Positions 38,501 through 51,800 of a DNA stretch of 64,000 bases are shown here, in pieces (the first letter of the stretch is position 1; each line of letters begins with the position of its first letter). The stretch lies in NCBI GenBank assembly GCA_965178125.1, contig OZ237758.1, positions 682,001-746,000 of the forward strand. The letters run 5' to 3'. The notes below the pieces were generated by a model. It worked only from the letters and a program-made list of their open reading frames with translations, was not told the origin of the DNA and searched no databases. The position numbers were made by a program, and so were the translations under genes. Source of the DNA: Bilabrum cf. latius. Its lineage: Eukaryota.

Positions 38501-41500
38501 AGTCGGCCAGCTGCCGGCTGTTCTGCCTGCTGGTCCTCGCGTGCTGCTATTGGATGCCGAGGAGGGAATCGCGGGGGATATATCGGAGGATGAAGACGAG
38601 TACATTGCAAGGGCAGAGGATTGGCGCCTGCGCTAGGTGGCTGGAAGCATTCTGCTTCAGTTATGCGACAGCGACATCGCAGGCCACTGCCAGCCACCCT
38701 GGGTGAACAGCAGTAACCCTGCTCACCCTGAGCGTACCGAGCCCGTATCATCCATGGCAGTCTCAGTACCGATGGTCCATGATCCTCCTGTAAGCAGTTA
38801 GAACGGTGCGGTGCAATTTGATGGGGCCTCGAGTTTTCTGGAAGTGCATCCCTTCCGGGTGATCACCGGCCTTACTGTGATGATGTGGATCAAACCCAGG
38901 CACGTGCGCAGCACGCAGACAATCTTTGTGAAGCAGTCTTCGAACCTGCATTCTGTGCTTGCCGCGAGGCTCTCAGTATCATCGGAATCGTGCAGGTAGG
39001 TGTCAGATGTGTGCATTTCTGTGCAGCTTGGGCGGGTGATCGTCCCGATAGTGTACCCGCTTCGTTTCGTGGATGGCTACAATCACACCACAGGGGCAGG
39101 TGTGCGCGGCTCCTCGCCCACGAGTCTTGCAGGGCACCAAATGCACATGACTGTGGCGATAAACATCGTGTAGCGGTTCACCCCAGTCTATGGCGATGCA
39201 GGCGGTGCATCGGTGGCTAGCATCATGACTAGCTAGGGCTGTGGCGATGCAGCTTGGACGCAGGAAGAAGACGGCGTGGGAGACGCCTTTCAGGCTGGCT
39301 TTGACGTTGCAATCCTGCATACGTTTGTGAACGGGGGACCGCATTCATGCGTTGCAGTGCCCTACGCTGGGTGGGAGAGCGGTCGGTTGGCAACGCATTT
39401 GTCAGAGGGTTTGCCTTGGCTGTTCGGAGCACAACTGAGCCGGTTTTCGTACGATCCTCAGGCTGCTTTTGAGGGCACAATGGACGAGATTTACATTTTG
39501 GCGGGCGGCGCGGTACAATATGACGTGTCGAAGCTTATAGACGGCGTGCCTGAGCCACTGATGCAGTACACGAACGCGATCGAGTTTGCTCGGCTGACTA
39601 GCGACGCGGACCGATGCGATGTGATTCCGTCCCCCGGCATACCTAGATGTCCAGCCGGCAAGACCCTTCGAACACAGTCTTCGATCCCCACAGCTGGATC
39701 TAGTGGCAGCGGTGCCGCCAGCCTACCTGATCCGTTCGACCCCTAGCGGCTCGGGCTGCAGTACGTCGCCGTGCTCGGTCTGGACACGCCCCCTTTTACC
39801 CTGGACGCTACTTAGCAGCAGAAGCTCCTCCGGGCAAACGGCATGGAGCGCGCACTGAGGCCAAGCAACACTGGTTTGAATGAAACAGTCGATAGAACCC
39901 CCCCAAACTCGGTCTTGTCGTGGTCAGGGTTTCAAAGGTCTTTATAGCGCTGGATCAACACCACGAATCCTGGGATTTGGAACCCTGACGTGATCAACAT
40001 TCCAGCCGACCCCGCCCTCTCCACCCTAATGACAACGGAGGAGGAGATATACCTTGTCGGTGCAGCCACCGACCTTCTTCTCGGTGGTGCCGATCTCTCG
40101 AACCGGGAATCGGGCGAAGGCAGGCGTGTGGACGAGAGGATCACCAACCTAGTGCGAGCGTCTGTGTCCTCGCCGAGGTTCCAAGTCATGGCCCAGAACT
40201 GGGGCCTTGAAGTTCTCAGGCCGCTCCCGCCTGGCGGATTCTAGGAGCACCTAGCAGACATTGAGACATCAACAGCCTTTAATACCACTTCGGTGCTGCC
40301 TTCGCAGCTTGTGGGAACGAGTACGCGACGAATCTCCGTGTCTGTGTCACTGTCAGCTGCTGCACACGGGGGCGCCAAATGGATCTCAAGCCCATTCCCG
40401 CGGCTTCGCCTGACCTACGCCGCAGCATCACTGCCATAGAATCGAACGTCGAGGATGTGCTTTGCTTCGTCTGACCACACAAGCGCCGGAGTTTCTGCAG
40501 TTAGCCTAGATCCGGTGGTGCAACCGCAAGCCTTTGTACTTCCAGCAGAGCTTCTGCTCTCTGACAGTTTCGTGTAGAACGACCTCGAGGAGGCGAGAAA
40601 CTTCATTGCCGGTGGCTTCATCAGTCAATTTCTGGAAAGGGTTGCTATCGACGATGCTGACCCAGCCGAGAGCATTGCAGTAGTGAATGGCGCAGCCGCA
40701 GCCCCAGTGGTGGTAGGGGCGGAAAACGACCTCATAGAGGCGTTTAGGGCACTGCTGAGAAACGAAGCAGTTGATGCTGACATAATCGTGGACCAGTCAC
40801 CCCAGTCCGGGGCGGTGCGTTAGCTGTTCCGTGAGGTCGGCACGTTTGCTGCCCTCCTTGGTATGCAAACAAGCCTGAGCTCTTGCGTCGATCTTCCTAG
40901 CCGAACAGATGAAGAAGTTAGGACAGTCGGTCCAGTCGGCGATGCTTTAGTTTACGCTTTGGAGGATCCGTTGTGTGCAGAGTAGAGGCTGTACAAGCGC
41001 AAGTCGTGCTCTCTTGTCAGCCCACGGGGCTCTAGGCTTGGGACCACCGTGGCTTTCAGACCAAGGCAGTGTCCCGTGTTAGTATCGGCCACGGCTGTGG
41101 GATAGAAGGGGCAGCCAAACCTTGACATTGGGGACCAGATCATCTTGCGATTCTCAGAGGAGACAGCCACACCGCCCGTTCGGATCGGGTCGCGCGGCAG
41201 GACGGAAGAACTCTTATCCGACCTTAGCTTTGCCGACGTTGGCAATGCCGACATTATCGTGTTTGATCCACCATTGCCTGGAACTCATACTGCGTTCTGG
41301 GCAAGCCCTTCGGAGCTCAGAGTAGTATTCACGTCGATCGAAGCAACCGGCGACGAGTACATTGACAGGCTACGGTTGGCCGCCGGCTTGGCACAAGAAG
41401 GGGAAGACAAGCTTGAGGCGCAGGCACAATTCAGGCAGGACTACGGACTCGCAGGAGCAGACGGCCTCATGGATTCCGAACGATCTCATGGGGATGGGAC

Positions 41501-44500
41501 TACGGAGTCGTCTGCCCGACGTACGGTACTGCTTGATGGTTCTCAGCAGGTTCTGGTGCAAGGTCATCTGCCTGGGCTTGGCATCTCCTGCGATCCGATA
41601 GATGTATCCGTCACACTGCGCGGCAGCTGGGGTGCTCCAGTAGAACCCGAGCCAGTACCGTGGCATATCATCGCACCTGTTGTCGTTGGCTTCGTGCTGC
41701 TTGTGGTGCTTGCCCTCTGGGGCGTATCGAGCTACAGACAGGAACGAAGAAAGAACGCAGAGGAACTCCGTGCTGCAGAAATAAAGGCTGAGCAGGAGCA
41801 TGAGCAGAATGAGAGGCACGTGACCCGCACCCGGTACGTCCTGCACGAGCTCAAGCAGCCCTTTGCCTCCGTGGTCATGGGCCTGGACCAGATGGACGAG
41901 ACTCTGGTGGAGCTGCAGCAGCAGATGGTAGAGAGCCAGCAGCAGGGCGAGGGGTTGGACCAGGCATCCATCGAGGAAGCCCGTGAGGAGATGGAGTCCA
42001 CTGTGCGCATCATGCGGTCCAGCAGCGTGGCGATGCATCATATCATCACGGACGTGTTGCTGATGGCTCAGATCGAGGCACAGGGTCTGCAGCTGAAGAT
42101 GAGGCCTTGCACACTGGCATCCTCGATTCGTTCAGCGTTAGTGACGCTGATCCACCAGGCCGAGGAGGGCGGCGTGACGATGCGTCTGTCGTTCTACGAC
42201 TGCAGGGAGCAGCATGAGCGGACCCGGTCGCTGGCCGAGAAGCGAGCGATGCTGGAGAATGGGGAGCTGCCGCCGGAAGCCGCTGGTTTCCTGTCTCCGA
42301 CAAATCGAGTGCGATCTGGTGCTTCAGCCGAGGCAAAGCATGTCGCCACCGGCACTAGGCGTGTTGGGGAAAAGGGAAGCAATCGCGAAAGGCTTATATC
42401 AGCCCCTCCCGCCTTCGCCTCACCCTCAGCCAGGATGGTCAAACGGCGTCAGTCCACCTCAAACTCCAGACAAAGAGAGAGTCGAAAGGCACGCTAGTCG
42501 GAGGCAAAAAGTTTTGAGTTCAGCGGCGCTGAGACAGGATCTGTGCTAGACGCGGAGACCAAATCAGAATGCTCGAGCAAAGGCAAGGAAGGCAGGCCTG
42601 CAGAAACACACGGTACGGTAGCAGCAGCCCTGCTACCAACCTCTGAAACGGATGGTCCCGTGCAAGTGGACGAGGGCAAAGCAGCGTACGATGACGACGG
42701 ACTGCAGGCCCTGGAGGAAGTGCCGCCCGTGGTGGCCGACACACAGAGGCTGGCGCAGTGCGTGAGGAACTACCTGGCCAATGCCATCCGGTTTGCCGGA
42801 TCTGGCAGCAGCATCGACGTGCAGGTGGCGGTGCTCCGGCCAGTGCAGGCAGCTAGGCTGGCTCGGCGCGCCCCCAAGTCTCTGGACACGAGCAAGGATC
42901 CGCCGGAGCCTCCGTTGCGCATCAACCTGTCCCGAGTGCGAGCGGAGGGCGAGAGCAAGACACAGCAGGTGAGCGCGAAGGCGGGCCGCTTCATCGCCTC
43001 GCAGCTGTCGTCGCGTCGACTGGGTCAGCCGCGGAGGCAGCGGCGGTGGTCCATGACTGGGCTTGTTGTGCAGGAAGAGGAGAGACAGAATGCAGAGGAC
43101 GAAGGTGCTGCTACCAATGTGAATGCTGGTGCAGGTGGACAAGCGCTTAGCGAGGATGATGCAAGCCGTCAGCTGCTACGAGCTAATGGGGTCACGAAAC
43201 AAGACTCGACCACATCGAACGAAGGGAGTGAAGCTGAGGGTGGTAGCGCCACCTATAGGCCCACTGTGGCAGACGGCCGCCGCACGATCCGGGTGATCGA
43301 GGACACGGGCACGATCGTGACGGAGAGAGCAGAGAGGGACCTGGCTGCCACCAGGAGACGCAGGATGAGCGCGCAGAGCAGGCACAGGGATGATACGTTG
43401 CAGAGGTCCACGAGGAGCATACTTAAGAAGAAACCAGCGGATACTCCACGCACCAGAAGAGTCTCAGAGATTCGTGCCAGCGGTCTTGACACCGCAGCTG
43501 AGCTTTCCGCAGGCGCAGATGTCGAAATCGACGATGGCACATCGCCACGTTCAGTGGCTAGCACTGACAGTGATCGTAGCCTAGCGGGTGGCTTTGATGA
43601 TGACGACTACGACGATTCAAGTGGCATATGCGCATCCCTTAGCAGGAATCTCCGATTTTGGCTGTGCTGCGGCTGCTTGCAGAATAGTCGGAGCAACGAT
43701 CCGCGAGAGGAGGAGCTCGCACGGCCATAGGACGCCACAGCTCTCTCCGAGGACGCCAAGAAGGACGCCGCAGCCAAATCAGAGGCCAAGGAGACGAGAC
43801 GGCAGTTCAGGAAGGATGCCAGCTCTGCACGGCGGGCCTGTCGGCTACAGACCCGACTGCCCATCCTCATCCGGGTCATCGACCAAGGGCCTGGGGTGTC
43901 GAAGTCGGACTCCAAGAAGCTCTTCCAGCCGTTCCAGCAAGTCAATGCAGCGGCTGACAAGAAGCAGGGTGGCACTGGGCTGGGCCTAGCGCTGGTGCGG
44001 TACTTGGCGCGAGAGCACAAGGGCATTGCGTGGCTGGAGTGGAGCCGTGAGGGTAAGGGCAGCTGCTTCAGCTTGCTGCTTCCGCTGCGACTGGCTGACG
44101 AGCTGCCTGAGGAGGAGGAGGACGTGCATGGGACAGCAAGGGCCCAGCTGTTTGGCCGTCGGGGAAGCAAAGACAGCGGCCGGGGAGACTCGGGTGGGAT
44201 GCAATCGACAGAAGATACTCATGTTGGTGGCTCTAGCAGGCTCGCACCTACTCTTGCGCAGCAGGCCAAGCAGGTATCTAGAGTATTCGTCGTCGATTCT
44301 AGCCTGCCGAGAAACAAGCCGTATGACGAACAGGCGTATGATTTTATTCCAGGGAGGGGATCGCCGAACGCTTCGCAAACGAACGGGTCAGCTGTCAGCA
44401 GGGCGCTTCGGATGGCACCGCGTGCGACCACGGCTACTAGCAGGACCGGCTCCAGCTCTGGCAAATCAACGGGGTCGATGTCCAAGATAAGGAGGCAAAA

Positions 44501-44930
44501 ATTTGAAGAATTCGCAGGAACTAGAGTGCTGGTGATCGAGGACGACCGCTCGCTGGCCAAGATGCTGAGCAAGCAGCTGCGCAGGAACGGCTTTGAGGTA
44601 ACGTGCGCAGGAACCGGGAGCGATGCCCTGCGGCTGCTCGGGGTGAGCGAGAACACTGATACTGCTGCAAGAGGAGATGAAGGGTTCGATTTTGTGACGT
44701 GCGATTATCATCTCCCGGACATGACCGGGATTGATATTCTGCGCCAGCTTCGCAGCTCTGGGCATCCAATGGCGCATGTGCCGGTGCTGGCGCTGACAGG
44801 AGATGGAAGCAAGCTGGCATAGCAAGACTTCATGGAGGCAGGTGCTACTGATGTGGCAATCAAGGGAAGCACCGACATGAAGCTGATCGACGTGCTGAGG
44901 ATGTTTGCCAGGAAAAATCTGATCCGTTGA
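35568..44930 (+). CDS. Giant membrane hybrid histidine kinase HK2 (same architecture), 3120 aa with TAG=Gln
   Basis: ATG 35568 followed by a hydrophobic leader. Track ORFs 35598-43896 share one frame. TM IIAPVVVGFVLLVVLALW. H/N/G boxes as in HK1. Receiver VLVIEDD...VTCDYHLP; its conserved Lys (VAIKG) lies after TAG 44820. TGA 44928-44930. Confidence 0.87.
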
Positions 44931-45807
44931 TGTTCTTATCAATGTCGTCAGAGGACTCCGCCGGGGAGGGATACAGCGGCAGAGTGCAGGCAGGTGGAGG
45001 ACAGCAGCGATGGGAAGAGACAGCAGAGCGGCAAGGCTTGGCGAGCAGAGGTGAACATGAGTGATTGGTGGGGTGGTGACAGGAGCAGACGGGATGCGAT
45101 GGGCAGCAGGTGGTGTGAGATCGAGAGCGGGGGAGAGAGGGCAAGAGGACACTGGGGGATTCCAAGATACACGGAGGCAAGGGAGGATGGCGAGGATCAG
45201 GCCCTGAGGGCGCGATACCAGAGGCGTGCCTGGGACGACGGAGGGGCAAAGACAGGCCCGATCCAGCCATTTGGGCTCGTGAGCGTAAAGGCCCAAGGGA
45301 GACGGAGGGATGGGAAGTGGGCGCAGCCGAGTGGGTCCAGAGCACGAGGGCGCAGAGGATTCCTGACGAGGGCTGACAGTACGTAGGATGACAGCAGATC
45401 AGATCGGGGTTCGGAGTTGACAGGGAGGCGCTGGAGCGGGCCTGAAAACAGACGGATATGGGTAGCGTGTACATCTGGGACGAGTGTGGTATATCATGTG
45501 CGAGACGTGTGGAGGGGACTGTCCCTGGGGGAAAGCGAGGTGCGGGGTGGGAGGAGGGAAGTCTTCTTATAAATGGATCTATTTCCCATTGTGGAGGTGG
45601 ATCCGTGATTTGGTCATTGGGCATGTAGAAGGACCTCTGAGTGTTGCAGAATTCAATTATTTGAAGATGAAGATACTACTAGACTAGAATCTAGGGCATC
45701 GACACTTCCAAGCGAGGTAGTGGTCCCAGTAGCGATTACTGCAGAATACAATCAACTAGACCATTTGAAACACACGTTTTATGCATCATATCAGTGCCAG
45801 CTACGTT

Positions 45808-48800
45808 ATGCGGCGGACCAGGCACGGATTGTGCTGGCGCAATTGGCTTTAGTTGGCGGCGTGTATTTCCTTGCTAGTGATGCAGACTCCGGTCTATTCA
45901 AGGCAACCACTTGCTGGCTCTTCTGATTACAGCTTATCAACCTTTGTGGGAAGGTGGGCAGAGTTTGAAGATGATGCTCAGGTGGCAAGTAACACATTGC
46001 TACTCGAGATGTGGTTGCTCATGTGCTCGAGGTTTGGCATTCTAGATAGACCAAGGGGGGAAGCTGTTGAGCCGTCAGTCTATTCATTGTTGTCAATGAT
46101 GACAACTAGTGGAGATTCACAGTTATCTGTCGCCCTCCTCGACAGGTTCTAGAAGGATGAAACGGAAAAATCAGCCTTTTCCGCAAACTTTCGACTGAAC
46201 GAATCTGAGCTAGGAAATGACCTCAACGGCAGGTACTTCGGTTCTCATCGAATTTTGGTTGAATTTAAGTCGGCAAGACGCGGCTTTGGCTCTGGTAGCC
46301 GAGATTCTGCGAATCTCACGAATCAGCCAAGGTCTCTTCGCATTGAAACTGAACAATTGCGGGCAATTACTGGGCGGCGACTTGCTCACATTGCCGTGTC
46401 TGTTCGGTAGATATATCGAAATACACCTCGGCTGGAAGAACTGCTCCTAGATGCTGACGGGAACCAGGTCTTCGATAGGATGGTGCTCAAGTCGTGTGCT
46501 GTTGCCGAGGTCGCAGTGGACGGTATCGTGGTCGCACGAACATTTTTGCAAGAGTCGCAATGTATATATGTCGGCATATTGCAGCAGATGACGGCGGAAC
46601 AACCCCGTGAAAAGCGTCATTGGATATTGGGTGGTCGAAGAGCAGCTGCGAACAAACCGGGTGGAAGTAGCAGCGGCGCTGTTACCGGTTTCATGGAGTG
46701 CGGGGTTCTGGACGAGGTGCGCTTGTGGGCGTACCATCCTCAGAATGTATCTATGATGGACGTGTACAGGGGCTCCATGCGCACAACTGCTCGAATGGGC
46801 GACTCGCTGCATCCCTCGATCCGACAGGCCGTGGAGGCGGAGGAGTCGCACAGGCTAGCAGCAGTCCCCGAGGCACTCAGGGCCATGGCCAGGCCGCCAG
46901 GGGACAAGGGCACCAGGATGAATGACAGGGCACTGACGCCAGCCCTGCTCGCGCCCCCCCTGCGCACCCCCTCCCGGTTCATCCTCCCCGGCACCGACCT
47001 GACGCCGTGGAGGAGGGCTCGCATGAGACAGCACGCCAGGAGACCCATCCCGGGGTATACAGCAGTGGCCGTGAAAGAGAGGGTCAGGGGACTGGCCAGC
47101 TTGGATTCGTTGGATGCCTACCACGGCCGCCCCGTCGGTTTCTGTCCCTCATTGCTGAGTGCCAGAGAGAGAGCCGCGGTGGAGGCCCGATTCCCGCCTG
47201 CATGCAGGGTGGGGGATCTGCTGGATGCGTACGGGTCGGCGATGGAGGCTGGCAGGCTGGCTGTGACAGAGGGTGGGGATGAAGCTGCATTCCAGTCTGC
47301 TGCTGTCTAGTATTTGCTTGGTGATCGCATCGACGGACAGGGCGCCTCGCCGCACTTGCTGGCTGTCCTCGACTTTCCACTGCGTTTGGATGGTCTTGGT
47401 GCTGGTGCGGTGAATGCCAGCCTCGCAGCTGTGAGCGTGTGCCCCGGACTGACCAAGGCATTTAGTTTTTCGTAGGGCGTGGGAGATCTAATTGTCTCGG
47501 ACGCACCGGCTGCGGTAGGACTGTGGCTGCATCCTTCGGCTGGCATGCCAGTCAATGGGTCGGATCAAAACAGCTCTCTAGGCTGGTGGGAGGGGCTGAA
47601 CAGGAGTGGGATGTCGCTGATAGACAGTGAAATGGAGTCGTTGCGCGACTCGATTTGTGCATCTCGGGTGTTGCCAGCTGCTTGGAATAGCACCGGCCAG
47701 CTTACTGCCCTCGGGAGCAGAGCGCTTCCCGTCGACTATATGCAGGCCACGCAAGACGCATGGTCCAGATCAGGCAGTGTATCTGTTGTGCGTCCGCCAC
47801 GAGTGGTAGTCGTGGGCGAGCAAGATGAGCTGGGTCCACAAGTGGCGGACTACCTTGCCAATCGGCAGTACGGCACACAAGAAGCACAGTCATCTGCTCG
47901 CAGACGTCCAGCAGGAGGGCCCATCGAGCCACCCTTGCGCATCATGACGTCAGGTGGAGACTACCAAACTCAACTCACAGGTCTGGTTGCAAGTTCAGTG
48001 CCAGGTAGGGGCGGTGTTGCCGTCCAGGACCGGGCACGATCAGGCAGTCTCGCGGTGCGCGACATGTTTGAGACGCTGAGGCTGAATAGAGAGGATGGTG
48101 TGCACGGATTCAATTCAAGCGACAACATGCCTCTCATTGGAAGGGCAACTCGTTTTGTCGAACCGTTTCTCCCCTTGTTCCGGTCCCCCGTCATCCCACT
48201 CTTGGACGTATCTCGTACAGTGACGGCTAGCGTATTCACGGAAGAAGGCGTCGTCTACACCGACTCACAGCAGCGCGGCATCAGCCGATACTTCATGTGC
48301 GCGATCGCGGAAGAGATTATCGGGTATGGACCATCCAAGAGGATACAATTGCTTGCATCGCCTGGTGAGGGCGTCAAGCTGTACCAGGTGAACTTCCTGG
48401 ATGCATTGCGCGAGCTGCAAGCAGCAGTCGATCGAGTAGCTCAAGGCACAATTCAGGACGGAGATACGTTCGATTTGACTGACATGGCCGCTAGCGAGTC
48501 ATTTGAAGCAACGGTCGAGTACATTGGCGACGTTGCGAACGGATTTCTCGAGTTTCTGGTCCAGGACGGTGACACTGCTGGCAACGCTGGCATTGATCAG
48601 CAAGAGGCTATCCGCACGATTGCAGATGCGGCGGGTGCGCTGACCATAATGACCACGGTATCATGCTCTGATCAGGTGCTGCAAGACATGCCAGGCACCG
48701 TTAAGACTCAGGTTCGAAAAGCTAATCTTGACAGGTTTGCCCATTGGATGCGGCGAAAAGACCTGTGGCGCGAAGTAGGACCACCACCTGCCGTGCTGCT

Positions 48801-51800
48801 GCCAGACAACCCCTTCTTGATTGCTGTCATCGACACCGATGCCGTTAATGCAGGCAGTTCCAGCTGGGACGAGGCTGACTTTGAATTCGGCAGACTGGAC
48901 CCTGACCCCCTGGCCCTGTAGGCAAGCGCTGGCCTCGTGCTGCAGGAGTGCTCCTCTGCCATCCCCGGCGCTTGTGCCCCCGAGTGGATGGGACTGAACG
49001 TGTCCCTGCCTGCTGGATTCGATCGGTCCACCGTGCAACGAGAACCAATATCTTCTATGGTGATGCAGATGCCCCGCGCTTTGGATATTCCTCGGGCTGG
49101 CATGAACGGGGCAGTGCAGCTCGACGGGGCTCGCTCCCATGTGGTGCTGCCCTCCTTCCGGATCGTGACTGGGTTCACCCTGCAGGCCTGGATCCAGCCG
49201 TTCCACGCCAGCTCCACGCAGACGATTTTTGCCAAGCAGAGCGCCATTGGAAACGTTGTATTTGCGCTCAGACTGAGCGCGTCACCGGGTGCGTGTCCTG
49301 AAGGGGTGGATGCATGCCTCACGGCTCAGCTAGGACGGTCCATGGTGCCAGTACTGCTACCATTCGTCCCAAAGTAGGGTGTTCCCGGCAATATTGCCAG
49401 TGAAAACTCAGAACTGCAGTGGAATATTGCAGGAGCTTAGCAGCATCTGGCGGTGTCTGTTGACATTTTACAGCGATTCTCGCCAATTTAGGTGGTCCGC
49501 GACGAACCTGATTTTGAGGAATTGCTGAGGTCAAGAAATTGCACACACTCGCAATTGATGATCATATCAAGTGGATCGTAGGAAGCCTTCATGCGTGGTT
49601 TCGATGTTGTCCTTCTGAAGACGATGCGGAATGGCCAGGTCAGCTCCTGCCACGTCTTGCCCTACACCAGCTGGGAGGGCGGCCGCCTAGCCACAGAGCT
49701 GTCCCGTGGCCTGCCGTGGATCCTGGGCGCAGAGCTGGCTACAAGTGAATATAAGCCATAGGCAGGATTCAGAGGTCTAGTAGACGACGTGAGGATGCAT
49801 GCTGGCGTGGTGCCAGACGCGCAGATCAGGCGAGATTTGCGTGGACAGCCGCCCTTCCTGCAGAATTATCAGCACCCGTCACGATTCGCGCGACTGACTC
49901 GATGTGGGATTGACTACAGTGGCTAGCCTATCGCCTGTAGTCTCAATTCCACCACGAACGGCAGTTCTTATGCTCAGCAGGTTGGCTGGAAGGCGGCCTT
50001 TGCACATGTCAAGCGAGCCTCGCATTTGCTCACTGCTTTCAACTTTGACAACTCGCCGACGTACGAGTCCTCAGAAAGCATGGAAGCCATGCTTTCAAAT
50101 AACCCATTCCGGAGCGCATTCGACGAAGCCATGGGTAGAGTAGCCGATCCACCGGTGGAGCACCTCGGCTGGACTGGCATGCAGCGGTCACTCAGGCAAT
50201 GGATCAACGAGAGCAGCCCAGGGAGGTGGGACGAGGGCAGCGTCAACCTGCCTTCAGACCTGGTGGTATCTTCTGGCCGGCGACATGGAGGTGAACTTTC
50301 ATCGCCATTCAGCGCAACCGCGCTGCTTACGTCCTAGCTGCGGGAAACCAGGAATGCGGTAAGTGCTGGTGATGTGTCGCCAGAGGATGATCTGTTGCCG
50401 CGGCAGTTTCACTTTCTGCTCAGGCAAGCCATCGAGAGCCCCTCGTCGTTTGGCACAGTATCAGACTGGGGTGTGCAATTGTTAAGGCCCATGCCTGAGG
50501 GTGGGTATCAGCAGCGTCTGTCCGAGTACCGCAGCAGCTCTATCGATGAAGATATCGAGGTGTACCCGAGCTATGTCACAGGTGTAGGGGTTGTGGTACC
50601 ACCAGCAGTTCCAGCCTTAGTTGCGACGTACTTGGGCGGGGCTCGCTGGGTACCCAGCCGCTTTCCCAAGGTTGCCCTTGATGCTGCGACGGTTGTCGTC
50701 CCCCCGAATCGCACGTCAAGGATATGTCTCCCGGTCCTGAACTCTGCAGTCGGCAGCTTCGATGAATCGAAAATCGACCCCGCTTTGGGAGTGAACCACT
50801 TCCGGCTACCTGCAGGCGGATTCGACTAGAGTACAGTGCTGTCAGGCGTGAGTCAGGCCATGCTTCTTCTCGGATCGAACCCCATAGCCGCTCGATCTCT
50901 CCCACCTGGTCGTGGCACCGTGGATAGGGTCTCAGGCGATAGCGCGATTTCCTCTGCTCTCGAGTAGATGCTTCTGGAGCTAACAGGCGAGAATGTCCTA
51001 AGGGGCAGCTCAAATCCGCTCGTGCAAATACTTGTCAGCTAGCTGGGCCCTGATCGACCCCTTGCCGCTCAACAGGGCACCCTGAAGCGAGACGCGGCCA
51101 TGGTGCTGATCAACTCTGGTGCCTTTTCTTCTTACCTCGGCTACACGTCCAGTCTGGGTGCCTGCTTTGACTTCGATCCGCCCCCGACGAACGATCCAGG
51201 CCGAGAAGAAGTCAGCAGTGTTTCGATTGTTGGGTATGGATTGACAGATCCCGAATGTGAGAACAGCATGGAACACAGAGGCTTGGTATGCGACACAGTG
51301 TCAGAGACGCACAGCAGGATCGGGATAGCCTTTGTTGTTGTTGCGGTGTCGTGCCCAAGCCTGATCAGTGCAGAGGCCAGCGGTGAAAATGGGAATGCTG
51401 GTTTCAATGCTGGCGATAGTATCACCCTGCGGTTCGATAGCGATACGGCGATGCCAGATATCAGTATCGCCAGCAGCAGCTACAGCTCCAACCAGACGCG
51501 GCCCTCGGACATGCTGCCACTATCAAGTGTTGCTGGTTAGGACGTGATCGAGTTTGATCCGCCGCTGCCAGGCAAGCACATCTCGTTCTGGGTCAATCCA
51601 AGGGAGCTTCGAATCGTCTTTACATCCACCACGGATGAACAGAACGACATCCTGAGCTTGCTTCGAAGTCAGGATGCAATCGTAGATGGCCAGACGGAGA
51701 TCGTAGACGACACCATTGAGGATGTCCTTGGGCTGTCATCACAGCAGCTGGCGAGGCAGCGCGACGCCGCAGCTCAGCTGGGCCTTGCAAATGCCGACGG

